DNA from: a virus
DNA: 64,000 nucleotides
Virus record (IMG/VR): IMGVR_UViG_3300009130_000010
Span: 1-64,000 of that record
Reading direction: 5' to 3' (one strand)
A model generated the notes under the pieces. That model saw only the letters and a program-made list of their open reading frames with translations. It ran no database searches and was not told where the DNA came from. Shown piece by piece: positions 48,326 through 57,578 of the stretch. How positions within the stretch are numbered: the first letter of the stretch is position 1; each line of letters begins with the position of its first letter. Made by a program: the position numbers and the translations under genes.

Positions 48326-48916
48326 CTATTTCTTCGTTTTCTCCCAAACTACCATGTTATGATACTTTTTTTCACCTTCTGGTGTGGTTATACTATGTAC
48401 TTTTTCAATACTAACAACTTTTAAATCAGTCTGTTTTTCCCAACCACCTTCTGTTATCCAATCTTTTGGAGTTATACACATACTACAATATAGTAACCCG
48501 TCGTCAGTTAAACTATCAGCTATATGCTTTGAAGCACTAGCATCAACGTGTCCAAATGTTAGTACGCCAATTGCTGTTAAGCATTTATATTTTTGTGGTA
48601 ATGGTGCTTTAGTTATATCGTGTATCTTAGTAGTTCTATAATTACCTGCCACAAATCTATTAAGCATAGGTTGATTTAAATCGTAACCATCAATTAAGTA
48701 TTTGTGATTTATTAATCCAAGTCCTACTTGACCGTTTCCACAACCAATGTCTCCTACTTCTGTTCCTTCTAGAAAATTATCTATAATCCAATTAGAAGCA
48801 ATAGTATGACATACCCATCCTCGTTCATTTATAACTTCGTCATGATAGTTATCCCAACCATCATACAATTCGCTATTACTTTTTTTATAAATTTCGTCTA
48901 ACCAATAATCAGTCAT
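48326..48916 (-). CDS. Class I SAM-dependent methyltransferase
   Basis: LYDGW, VGDIGCGNG motif I, IDGYDLNQPML, GVLTFGHV. Confidence 0.88.
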   Translation of the reverse strand: MTDYWLDEIYKKSNSELYDGWDNYHDEVINERGWVCHTIASNWIIDNFLEGTEVGDIGCGNGQVGLGLINHKYLIDGYDLNQPMLNRFVAGNYRTTKIHDITKAPLPQKYKCLTAIGVLTFGHVDASASKHIADSLTDDGLLYCSMCITPKDWITEGGWEKQTDLKVVSIEKVHSITTPEGEKKYHNMVVWEKTKK

Positions 48917-49598
48917 AATATTTTACCATGTCATTTAGGTTTTCTCTAGCTGTTCGATATTTGTTAATTATGTTTTTAGTATCTTCGTATCCAATACTCA
49001 TACCACACAATACAATTTTTTCTTTATACTCAGGTAATTCTTGTCTTACTATATCAGCATACTCTCCTAATGACCCCTGTGGACAGGTTGCCAGGCCATG
49101 TTCAACAGCTGACAACATAATCGACTGTATAAACATACCATAGTCTACATAAGAACCTTTGCCTAATGCTCTGTCAATAAAAAATAATAACATAACAGGA
49201 GCATCAAACCCTCTATAATTTTTAGCATATAACAAATTTTTACGTTCTGTCATTTCTCTAGTAATACCTAGTTGATTATATAAAGCTAATCCACATTCTT
49301 TTCTTCGTTGCTTATACTCTCCAAACCATTCAGCATCTTTTTCACTAAACTTATCAAATGGATAATACTCGTAATCCATAACAGGTGTTATACCAGAACT
49401 AAATGCTTCTTCTAATTTGTTACATAAATTATTTTTTGACGTACCTGTAAGTACAGCTACTTGCCAAGGTTGATGATTATCACCACTTGGTGCTTGTTTG
49501 GCTTGCTCTAATATTTTGTTTATAGTATCAATAGAAACTTCTTTATTTAAAAAAGCTCTTGTTGACTTACGAGTTGCTAAAGCATCACTAACTATCAT
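48909..49598 (-). CDS. Nitroreductase-family flavoprotein
   Basis: RKSTRAF, APSGDNHQPW, FDAP, DYGMFIQSIMLSA..GLATCPQ, GMSIGY. Confidence 0.93.
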   Translation of the reverse strand: MIVSDALATRKSTRAFLNKEVSIDTINKILEQAKQAPSGDNHQPWQVAVLTGTSKNNLCNKLEEAFSSGITPVMDYEYYPFDKFSEKDAEWFGEYKQRRKECGLALYNQLGITREMTERKNLLYAKNYRGFDAPVMLLFFIDRALGKGSYVDYGMFIQSIMLSAVEHGLATCPQGSLGEYADIVRQELPEYKEKIVLCGMSIGYEDTKNIINKYRTARENLNDMVKYYD

Positions 49599-51010
49599 AC
49601 TTCTGAATAATCCTTTACATTAACCTTAGAAATAATATGAGGAGGAAAACTATTTTTAACAATGGCAGGCAATTTACTTCTTTGAAATTTATTTGGACCA
49701 GAAAAATATAAATGTTCAGTTACATGATATATATCGTGTGGTCGTTTAGCCTTTTGAGCATTATCAGTAAAGTGTTTAGCTACATCATTAGCATTAGCTG
49801 TTCCTGTATATATTAAGTAATGAAGTTCATCTTGTTCGCAACTAGCAACATTTTCAACACCAGGAACTTCGAGTGCCAATGCTTCTACTAATCCTGTATA
49901 AATTTTTATACCACTTTTCATAAAGATAACATCATCAAACACTCTACCAGAATAATACCATGTACCATTTTCATCTCTAAACTTATCACCATCTGTTTGC
50001 CAATCTAGTGTTCCGTACTTGTACCAAAGTACGCCTTCTTTGTCAAGTTTTAACTCCCCGTTATAAAGATGTTTTGTAAATCCATAAAAGTTTTTTATTG
50101 GATCACCTGGTCTATAAACAGCAACTGAATGGCAATCTGCTTCTGTACTTGCCATCATATTGTAAATTGCTTTAAACTTAAATTTCTTTATAATACTTTT
50201 GAGAACTACTTCTGGTGTATGTCCTCCAGAACATTCCCAGTAATCTATAGGCCAATTGAAATCATCAGGACATTCATCAACTATCTTTTTAATAGCATTA
50301 GGATATGATATACAACAATTAGGTTTTGCTTTTACTATCTCCCCAGGTATATTATCTCCCCAATTTAAAAAATGTATACTACCACCTATTAAGTATATTC
50401 TTAACAAGTTATAAGGATTATAAGTAGCAGTAAATCCTGCTGTACAAAGAATTCTTGGTCGTTTATCTTTTGTAAATTCAGGTGCTATAGCAAATAAATG
50501 ATTAGTAGATGCCTGTGCTGTACATCCTAATAATGTCTGCCCATCTACAATAGCTTCTTCATGATCTTCGTAATCCCAAAAGAAAGGATACATTTCAAAA
50601 AACTCTTTAACTGTAGTTCCGCTTGTCATACCTCTATATATTTCTTTAGGATGTAATATAGTAGGTCCTGTTTCAGCTGGATCACTTAACATTGTTATTT
50701 TATTAGAACGTATAATACAAGTTGCTTTACAACCTTTAATCAATCCTTCACGCTCCATCTTAGATTGTCTAGCGTCAGCCTGTGTAGCTGATCCACCGTT
50801 TTTAATACTAGCAAGTATCCATAAGTAATCATCTATTGTAACTTGATCTTCTGCTATTACAAAAACAACGTGTGGTCCTATACCATGCTCTTTAAGTCTT
50901 TTAATTTTAGCATCTAAATTATCGTGTAACTCTCCCCAAGTAATTTGTTCAGTAGAATTACTTAAAAAAATATCATCTTCACTGAGAGGTCCTTGTGTTT
51001 GTTTTAACAT
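49595..51010 (-). CDS. Adenylate-forming (ANL superfamily) acyl-CoA/AMP ligase
   Basis: MTSGTT P-loop, YNMMASTE, QTDGD, SGRVFDDVIFMKSG, C-terminal NKFQR lysine. Confidence 0.8.
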   Translation of the reverse strand: MLKQTQGPLSEDDIFLSNSTEQITWGELHDNLDAKIKRLKEHGIGPHVVFVIAEDQVTIDDYLWILASIKNGGSATQADARQSKMEREGLIKGCKATCIIRSNKITMLSDPAETGPTILHPKEIYRGMTSGTTVKEFFEMYPFFWDYEDHEEAIVDGQTLLGCTAQASTNHLFAIAPEFTKDKRPRILCTAGFTATYNPYNLLRIYLIGGSIHFLNWGDNIPGEIVKAKPNCCISYPNAIKKIVDECPDDFNWPIDYWECSGGHTPEVVLKSIIKKFKFKAIYNMMASTEADCHSVAVYRPGDPIKNFYGFTKHLYNGELKLDKEGVLWYKYGTLDWQTDGDKFRDENGTWYYSGRVFDDVIFMKSGIKIYTGLVEALALEVPGVENVASCEQDELHYLIYTGTANANDVAKHFTDNAQKAKRPHDIYHVTEHLYFSGPNKFQRSKLPAIVKNSFPPHIISKVNVKDYSEV

Positions 51011-51011
51011 A

Positions 51012-51824
51012 TTATTCCTTAAAAATATTTGTGTAATCTAATGCTACACGCCAAAGTTCTCTACTTTTGTTTACAACAGGTGAACGTCTGTGTATAGTAT
51101 ACAATTGATCCATTAATAATAAATCACCTTTTTTAAATACAAAATGTTTTTGATAAATTGATCTGTCTAATGTTTTTTTATATTTTTCTTTTACAATATC
51201 TACGTTTACTGGCTCACCGTTTTGCCATGCTTTTTCTAACAATGGTGGTTGCCAATATAAAAACTCTTGCCCATCTACAGGATGTTTATTTACTGCTGGC
51301 ATACAGTCATCACCGTCGTGATGAATTGGCATAACGTAATCATCTAAACTTGTATCAACATTTGATTCTTCTTTTGACCCATATATACCATAACTACTAA
51401 AATTGTTTAACTGTATATCAATAGAACGCCAATAGTCTTTTTCTTTTTCAGGTAACTCATTAAAAGCATCTCTATTGTTTAATAAACTAAAAACAGTATC
51501 AGGACATTCTCCTACACAATATAAAGCAATTAGTATTTCTTTAAACTCACCTAAATGATGTATTGTGCCATTGGCGTGCCATTGTAGTTCTGTTTCTCCA
51601 AACAATCCACCTGGCATTACTCTTGCTATGTCTGGATTTTCTTTTGGGTTATAATGAAATTGTCCCATTGTATCGTCGTCTGTATTTCCTATACGTCTAC
51701 AATAGTCAACTAGTTGAGGTTGTGTTAAATTTTGTTCATGATGAAATGTATATCCATCTTTTAATACTTGTTGAATTTCTGATTTTAATTCTGAATCTGT
51801 ATATTCTAATACTTGTACAGTCAT
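51012..51824 (-). CDS. TauD/TfdA-family Fe(II)/2-oxoglutarate dioxygenase
   Basis: EQNLT, WHANG (HxN), KHPVDG, KGDLLLMDQLYTIHRR, RELWR. Confidence 0.85.
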   Translation of the reverse strand: MTVQVLEYTDSELKSEIQQVLKDGYTFHHEQNLTQPQLVDYCRRIGNTDDDTMGQFHYNPKENPDIARVMPGGLFGETELQWHANGTIHHLGEFKEILIALYCVGECPDTVFSLLNNRDAFNELPEKEKDYWRSIDIQLNNFSSYGIYGSKEESNVDTSLDDYVMPIHHDGDDCMPAVNKHPVDGQEFLYWQPPLLEKAWQNGEPVNVDIVKEKYKKTLDRSIYQKHFVFKKGDLLLMDQLYTIHRRSPVVNKSRELWRVALDYTNIFKE

Positions 51825-51857
51825 TGATAACACCCTTTACTATGCTTTAATTACTTA

Positions 51858-52724
51858 TTATTTCTTCCAACGATCATCACGTTTATTGTATGCTTGAACA
51901 ACTCTATCAATAATAATTGCTAAAGCAACTATTGACAATCCACTTATAACACCTAATCCTAAAAATTGATTTCCAACAGCGTTCATAACTTGTGACCCTA
52001 ACCCTCTAACACCAATCATTGATGCTATTACTACCATTGCCAGTGCCATCATTATTGTTTGGTTAATACCACCAAAAATTGTTGCTCTTGCTAACGGTAA
52101 TTCAACAAGAGCTAAAATATGTTTAGCTCGTAATCCTAATGCTTCTGCTGTTTCTATTAAATCTTTATTAATTTCTCGAATACCGATATTTGTAAATCTA
52201 ATTACTGGTGGCATAGCATAAAAACATATAGCAATTAAGCCAGGGACTTTGCCAAGTCCAAATAACATTATAACAGGAATTAGATATACAAAACTAGGAA
52301 TAGTTTGCATGAAATCAAGCATAGGTAAAATTATAGATTGTGCTTTATCTTTTTTTGCCATTAGTATTCCGAGAGGAATACCAAATGTAACACAAATAAA
52401 TGTAGATACAGAAACTATAGCTAAAGTTCTCATGGTATCATCCCACATACCAACTAAACCTATAGCTATAAAGGCAGTCAATGATCCTAAAATTATTTTC
52501 CAGTTTTTAGTAAGAACCCATATTAATAATCCTACTACTAATAAGAATACATAATATGGCGTTGCTAATAATAATTTTTCAAACCAAATAAGAAAATAGA
52601 GGAGTGGGGAAAGAAAGTCTTGGAAACTTTCTCCCCACGTACTAGCAAATTCTCTAAACGTACTGTCAATAAATTTCTTAATCGCTACTATGTTACTCTT
52701 TTCCAATGATGGAAAATTACTCAT
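51858..52724 (-). CDS. proW: ABC transporter permease, ProW/OpuAB family
   Basis: Hydrophobic; LDFMQTIPSFVYLIP, GLGKVP, PPVIRFT, EAA-like loop ETAEALG, GINQTIMMALAMVVIASMIG. Confidence 0.93.
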   Translation of the reverse strand: MSNFPSLEKSNIVAIKKFIDSTFREFASTWGESFQDFLSPLLYFLIWFEKLLLATPYYVFLLVVGLLIWVLTKNWKIILGSLTAFIAIGLVGMWDDTMRTLAIVSVSTFICVTFGIPLGILMAKKDKAQSIILPMLDFMQTIPSFVYLIPVIMLFGLGKVPGLIAICFYAMPPVIRFTNIGIREINKDLIETAEALGLRAKHILALVELPLARATIFGGINQTIMMALAMVVIASMIGVRGLGSQVMNAVGNQFLGLGVISGLSIVALAIIIDRVVQAYNKRDDRWKK

Positions 52725-52729
52725 AGCTA

Positions 52730-53755
52730 TTAATCAAGTGTTACGTTCAAGCCTAGCTTTTCAGCCGCCTCCGGCGTTACCCATTTAGACCAAGTTTCTT
52801 TATGTGATTTAAGAAACTCTATAGCAACGTCAGTTGGTGATGCTTGATTATCATTAGAATATATTAATAAAGTGTTTAATACATCACCTGGCATTTGCCT
52901 TTTAGATAGATAAACCATTACATCTGGATGAAGACCCGATGTAACTACTGTGGCAATAATTGTTTCTGGATATGCTGATGGCTTTGGTCCAATACATTCA
53001 TCATCAGGTAATGTTATACACTCCCAATTTTCTTGTCCAGCGAATTCAGTTTCAAAAGGAAGTTTTGACAATCCTAATTTACCTACTAATAATGTTGGTG
53101 ACCAGTAATAACCGAAAAAGTTTTCCTTTTTAGTTACAGCACCAGTCCAAGCGGCATCTAAACCTACACCAGATCCAGGGTTAATAAGTTTCCAGCCTTT
53201 TGCCTCCATATCAAATGCTTCGAATAAATTTTGATGTTGCATTTGACAAGCCCAGCCGTCAGGACAAATAGCAATTCCGCCTTTTGTCGCATCTTCTGGA
53301 TGTGGAAATAGTTCTGGATGTTCAAGTACCTTTTCAAAAGAAGTTAATTCCGGATGTGCTTCTAACACATAATCAGGAACATAAAATCCTTCACCAGCAC
53401 CTTCAATAACTCCTATACTTGCTGTAAGTAATTTACCTTCAGCTACAGCTTCGTCATATCCAGCACCTAAAAATGAAGTCCAAGCTTCACTAAAAATATT
53501 AGGTGACTCTGTGGCTAACATTGACGTAATAGTAGCTTCAGTTCCACCTGGAACTATTTCTACTTTATGTCCATAGCCTATTTTAAGTATTACAGTATCA
53601 ATATGAGCCAATATCGTTCCCGATGGCCAATTGAGTTCTGCTATTTTAATTTCGTCAGCTTTTGCTTGTGCTGTAAATAACCCGGCTGTTGAAACCATAG
53701 ATATAAACAGCATACTGACTATAATTAAGAAACGTTTAATGTGTTTGCTAGTCAT
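52730..53755 (-). CDS. proX: ABC transporter substrate-binding protein, ProX/OpuAC (betaine-type) family
   Basis: Signal peptide; ELNWPS, EAW, GEGFYVP, CPDGWAC, GYYWSPT, WSKWV. Confidence 0.88.
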   Translation of the reverse strand: MTSKHIKRFLIIVSMLFISMVSTAGLFTAQAKADEIKIAELNWPSGTILAHIDTVILKIGYGHKVEIVPGGTEATITSMLATESPNIFSEAWTSFLGAGYDEAVAEGKLLTASIGVIEGAGEGFYVPDYVLEAHPELTSFEKVLEHPELFPHPEDATKGGIAICPDGWACQMQHQNLFEAFDMEAKGWKLINPGSGVGLDAAWTGAVTKKENFFGYYWSPTLLVGKLGLSKLPFETEFAGQENWECITLPDDECIGPKPSAYPETIIATVVTSGLHPDVMVYLSKRQMPGDVLNTLLIYSNDNQASPTDVAIEFLKSHKETWSKWVTPEAAEKLGLNVTLD

Positions 53756-53766
53756 TTCTTTCTCCT

Positions 53767-55530
53767 TTAGTTAACGTTAACGTCATTATTGTAACTGGTA
53801 AAACCGTTTTCTTTAGTAACGGTAAGCACGTTGTTTACTCTACCAGCAAGTTCATCTCTATGTGAGATAAGCCATATGCTTTTCTTTCTTTCTCTTGATA
53901 TCTTTTTCAAAACAGCAAGAGAGCTTTCAACTCCAGAGGTGTCCATGCCTGAGTCAATCAACTCGTCGATAAACAACAAGTTTATAGGTTGGTATAGATT
54001 TTCCCAAACATCGCGGAAAGACCAACTTAATGCTAATATCAATCTATTCCTCTCACCTCTGGATAAGTTATCAAAGTCAAGATCGCGACCTAACTCGGTG
54101 ATCTCAATTGATAAATCATTTTGGAATATCACTTTATGTGGTAATCCAATCTTGTCAAGATAGTATGTTAATCGTTTATTTAAGAATGCTAAATTCTGTT
54201 CAATAATACGTTTACGAACAAAACTATCTTTACTTGTTAGTAACTTGTATAAAAATTCTTGGTGTTCTTTTACGTTATTTAACTGTTCTAATACATCAAA
54301 CGAGATCTCTTGAAGACCAGACTCTTCCATTTCAGTTATTTGTTCATTATAGGTATTTTCTTCTGCTTGTTTATTTGTCAATTGATCTTCAAGAGTTGTT
54401 AACGTACTTTTATGATTGTGTGCTTCTGTGGCACTTTCATAAAAAGTTTCTGGTCGTTTACCAATATCAACTCTTAATAAAATTTGTTCAGCAACTCTAT
54501 TATTTGCATTTTCTAATTCTTTTGTTATATCTTTTTGTTCTTTCTGAAGATTTTTTAATTTTTCTTTATAATCTTTTAAATGTTTAATGTCTTGACCACA
54601 ACTATCACAAGTATGATTTTCAACAAGTTTTAGACTGTCAGCAATTTTTTCTGATTCTTTAATAAGTCTATCTACTGCTCGTTCACTACTAGCTACCTCG
54701 GTCTCTAATAACGATTGTTCGTTTTTAAGAGTCATAAAATCATTTAATTGCTCATGTTGTTTTAATTCAGCATCAATGTCTACATCACCTAAATCAGCAA
54801 TCGCTTTTTCTAATTTTTGTACTTGCTCGTCTTTACTATCTTCCCATAACTTACTTCTACGTTTAAGATTTTCTATTTGTTCTTTAATATGAGCATTTGC
54901 TTGTTCAACACCTTGTATTCTATATTCTTCTTCTTTAGCATCATCTCTATTTTTCTTCATCTGTTCTTTAAGTTTCTCAGATTTTTCACTTAATAAAGTA
55001 ATACCTAATAGTTGCTCAATAATAGCACGTTGGTCATTATTTTTAAGTGCTAAAAAAGGTTCCGTGTAAGTGTTCAGTGCCACAACGTGTTTAAACATTT
55101 CGTGACCCATTTCAAGTAAACGATTTATTTCATGTTGTGTTTCTCTACTATCACCTTGAGCATTATCTTCTGCTTCTTGCTCTTGCTCATCAATATAAAA
55201 TTTTAATAAGTTAGGTCTACGCCCACGTTCAATTTTATACTTCTTATCATTCTTTTCAAATTCTAAACAAACAAGCATATTCTTGGCGTTTGTTTTATTA
55301 ATTAAATTGTCAACTCTAATCTTAGTAAGTGCTTGTCCGTATAAAGCATAACTTAAAGCATTAATGATTGTTGTTTTACCAGTACCATTTCTAGCACCTG
55401 TATCATCACCACCTAAGTCTAAGTTCTCTCCGAGTACAAGTGTTAAATCATCTCTATTGAAATCTATTGCCTGTGTGCTGTTACCCACACTCATAAAGTT
55501 CTTGACTGTAATACTGTTTAAGTTAAACAT
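53767..55530 (-). CDS. Recombination endonuclease ATPase subunit (T4 gp46/SbcC/Rad50-like)
   Basis: KNFMSVG, NGTGKTT, CDSC zinc hook, LSRGE signature, LLFIDE, ISH. Confidence 0.96.
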   Translation of the reverse strand: MFNLNSITVKNFMSVGNSTQAIDFNRDDLTLVLGENLDLGGDDTGARNGTGKTTIINALSYALYGQALTKIRVDNLINKTNAKNMLVCLEFEKNDKKYKIERGRRPNLLKFYIDEQEQEAEDNAQGDSRETQHEINRLLEMGHEMFKHVVALNTYTEPFLALKNNDQRAIIEQLLGITLLSEKSEKLKEQMKKNRDDAKEEEYRIQGVEQANAHIKEQIENLKRRSKLWEDSKDEQVQKLEKAIADLGDVDIDAELKQHEQLNDFMTLKNEQSLLETEVASSERAVDRLIKESEKIADSLKLVENHTCDSCGQDIKHLKDYKEKLKNLQKEQKDITKELENANNRVAEQILLRVDIGKRPETFYESATEAHNHKSTLTTLEDQLTNKQAEENTYNEQITEMEESGLQEISFDVLEQLNNVKEHQEFLYKLLTSKDSFVRKRIIEQNLAFLNKRLTYYLDKIGLPHKVIFQNDLSIEITELGRDLDFDNLSRGERNRLILALSWSFRDVWENLYQPINLLFIDELIDSGMDTSGVESSLAVLKKISRERKKSIWLISHRDELAGRVNNVLTVTKENGFTSYNNDVNVN

Positions 55531-56543
55531 TAAAGGTCCCTGTAAATTTCTCTTAAAAGATCTTTATCATAAAAATCACTTTGTACAGCATCAAGTTGAC
55601 TATAAACAATACTGTCTACTGATTCAAAATTAATTTCTACTGTCTCATCAACATTTGTATCTTCTAACTTTTGTTGTATTAAACTTAATTCACGTATAGG
55701 ATATTGTTCCATAAAATTTTCTCTTATAAAATTAGCTTCTTCATAACTAATTTCAATATCAAGCATAACTCTAGCATACGTTTTTGGTAACAAATACTCT
55801 TCAGGTTTATCTAACAGTTGTCCTAACTTTAATGTTTTATACTTTGGAGCATCTGGCCATGCTGTATACTTGGGTTCTTTACCCCATTCTAAAGTCATTA
55901 TACCACGCTCGTCATCCCAAGCATCTGAGTAATTGTGTGGGAAAGCATTACCAATATATGTAATGTTTCCTCTTGTTTGTCTTTTATGAAAATGTCCACT
56001 AAAGGCGTGTTCGACACCACCAAAGTCTTTGTCATGTAGTTCACCAACATCGGGCATTTGTACCATGGCATTCATATAAAAGTGAGGAAGCTCTAGGTGT
56101 CCAAACATATATTTGGCTTTTAATTTTTTAATACTTTTATGTTCGTCACCTACTAGCCATGGTACGATCGCCACGTCACCATCTACAGTAACGTCGTTGT
56201 AAATTTTTATATTTGAATAATTTTTAATCCAAGCAATTGAATTAAAATCTCGTTTATCACGATAATATTCATCATGATTTCCTGGAATGAAAATCATTTT
56301 TTCGAATGCTTTACTTAAAGCATCGATGGCTTTAATACTATAATTGAGTGTAGCAACATTAATTGCCGCCCTGTGATGGTGCCAATCGCCGAGGAATATA
56401 CAAGTCTCACAGTCTTGTTCTTTACCTTGTTCAATAGCCCAATTAACGAAGTCTATACAGTCATCATTAAACAACGATGAATTGGACTTATTACCAAAAT
56501 GAATGTCTGTAAAGGCTAATGCCTTTTTAAATAAATTTGCCAT
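55530..56543 (-). CDS. Recombination endonuclease nuclease subunit (T4 gp47/SbcD/Mre11-like)
   Basis: TDIHFG, LGDWHH, GNHD, GHLE, SGHFH. Confidence 0.96.
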   Translation of the reverse strand: MANLFKKALAFTDIHFGNKSNSSLFNDDCIDFVNWAIEQGKEQDCETCIFLGDWHHHRAAINVATLNYSIKAIDALSKAFEKMIFIPGNHDEYYRDKRDFNSIAWIKNYSNIKIYNDVTVDGDVAIVPWLVGDEHKSIKKLKAKYMFGHLELPHFYMNAMVQMPDVGELHDKDFGGVEHAFSGHFHKRQTRGNITYIGNAFPHNYSDAWDDERGIMTLEWGKEPKYTAWPDAPKYKTLKLGQLLDKPEEYLLPKTYARVMLDIEISYEEANFIRENFMEQYPIRELSLIQQKLEDTNVDETVEINFESVDSIVYSQLDAVQSDFYDKDLLREIYRDL

Positions 56544-56563
56544 ATACCAACCTTATTATGACT

Positions 56564-56593
56564 ATTATACATTAACAATAATAGCTTTGTCAA
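56564..56593 (-). promoter_or_regulatory. Sigma70 promoter of the gp47-gp46 operon, likely continuing into proX/proW
   Basis: TTGACA-18nt-TATAAT. Confidence 0.8.
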
Positions 56594-56627
56594 TCTTTTT
56601 CCTAGGAAGAATCCAAAATATTTCCAT

Positions 56628-57497
56628 TTAGTCACGAACCTTTGGCCAAGCATCTTTTTTGATACTAACCACAGGTCCATTATTCTCACCTGGTTTCATT
56701 TTCCCAGATTTAATTTCATTTTCTGTTTGTCTTGTAAAGCTAGGCATTAAACCTGCTTCTTCAAGAATATCATCTCTAATAATTTGATTACGTTTTTCTA
56801 AATTTAAAACTCTTGTAAAACTATTTGTAATAGCCGCTGTATAATAAGCAAATGGGTTTTGTGATTTGGATTCGTCGAATTGTAATCCAATTTGACTTAA
56901 TTGTAATAGTGCTGTACTTCTCATTTCATCATTGTAAGTATAGCCACGCCAGTTAGATCTAGTAGCATAACGTTCACATAATTTTATAAACATTTTAGCT
57001 AATTCGTTATTAATAGCACCATGCTCTTTATTAAAGAATCCATTTTCCATACCACCTTCCCAGTGACTTTTACCAATAATTATTAGCTCACCTTCTTCAT
57101 TAAAGCGATAATGTTGATATGGTGGAAAGTTACATCGAACGTGTCGGTCAGCTATTGTTTTTGGGTTTTTCTTTCTACCTGGTTCTTCCGGTATATGCTC
57201 AAAAGTCATAATACGGAACACTACATCTGTTTTAAGAATTTTCTTCCAATCAACAGCAAATTCGGCTTGTTTTACTTTTTGTCCATCTTCGATGGCGGCT
57301 GTATAAGCCAATTTTGCTTGTCTATCTGCCCTATTACGTTTGGCTTCGGCTGTAGTTCTGATGTTTATTCTATCGATTGATGGCAAAATGATATCATATT
57401 GACTATCAGTTTCAGGATCAACATATGAACTATAACTATTTTTACTATTCGCGATCTCTTTTAAGAGGTCTCTATTATTTAAATATTTTTTTCTCAT
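56628..57497 (-). CDS. Late-transcription sigma factor (T4 gp55-like); start likely ATG 57497
   Basis: YLNNRDLL, NWRGYTYNDEM, FDESKSQNPFAYYT, SFTRVLNLEKR; gp55-47-46 synteny. Confidence 0.88.
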   Translation of the reverse strand: MRKKYLNNRDLLKEIANSKNSYSSYVDPETDSQYDIILPSIDRINIRTTAEAKRNRADRQAKLAYTAAIEDGQKVKQAEFAVDWKKILKTDVVFRIMTFEHIPEEPGRKKNPKTIADRHVRCNFPPYQHYRFNEEGELIIIGKSHWEGGMENGFFNKEHGAINNELAKMFIKLCERYATRSNWRGYTYNDEMRSTALLQLSQIGLQFDESKSQNPFAYYTAAITNSFTRVLNLEKRNQIIRDDILEEAGLMPSFTRQTENEIKSGKMKPGENNGPVVSIKKDAWPKVRD

Positions 57498-57536
57498 AAA
57501 TGTTTTCCTTTTATTATATACCCATATAATAACACA

Positions 57537-57544
57537 TATAAATA
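57537..57544 (+). promoter_or_regulatory. Late promoter TATAAATA for the baseplate operon
   Basis: Exact T4 late consensus. The TAAATA core also recurs at 1829, 3417, 8253, 11564, 11626, 12624, 14341, 15717, 24730, 29559, 32343, 33312, 37294, 37611, 37835, 42325, 42357, 43558, 46812 and 48287. Confidence 0.8.
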
Positions 57545-57578
57545 CAAAGAGCAAGACAAAAAAAGGAAATAATTAGTA

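Noticed and set aside
53767-55530. gp46 as the missing ATPase of the ProX/ProW transporter
   Set aside because: It has the Rad50-type coiled coil and zinc hook and is paired with gp47, so it is not a transporter ATPase.
57498-57554. N-terminal hydrophobic extension (MLFVFICVIIWV) making the sigma factor membrane-anchored
   Set aside because: Artefact of longest-ORF calling across AT-rich promoter DNA; the AAGGA SD fits ATG 57497. The same applies to the extended starts at 18249, 33327, 37623 and 42354.
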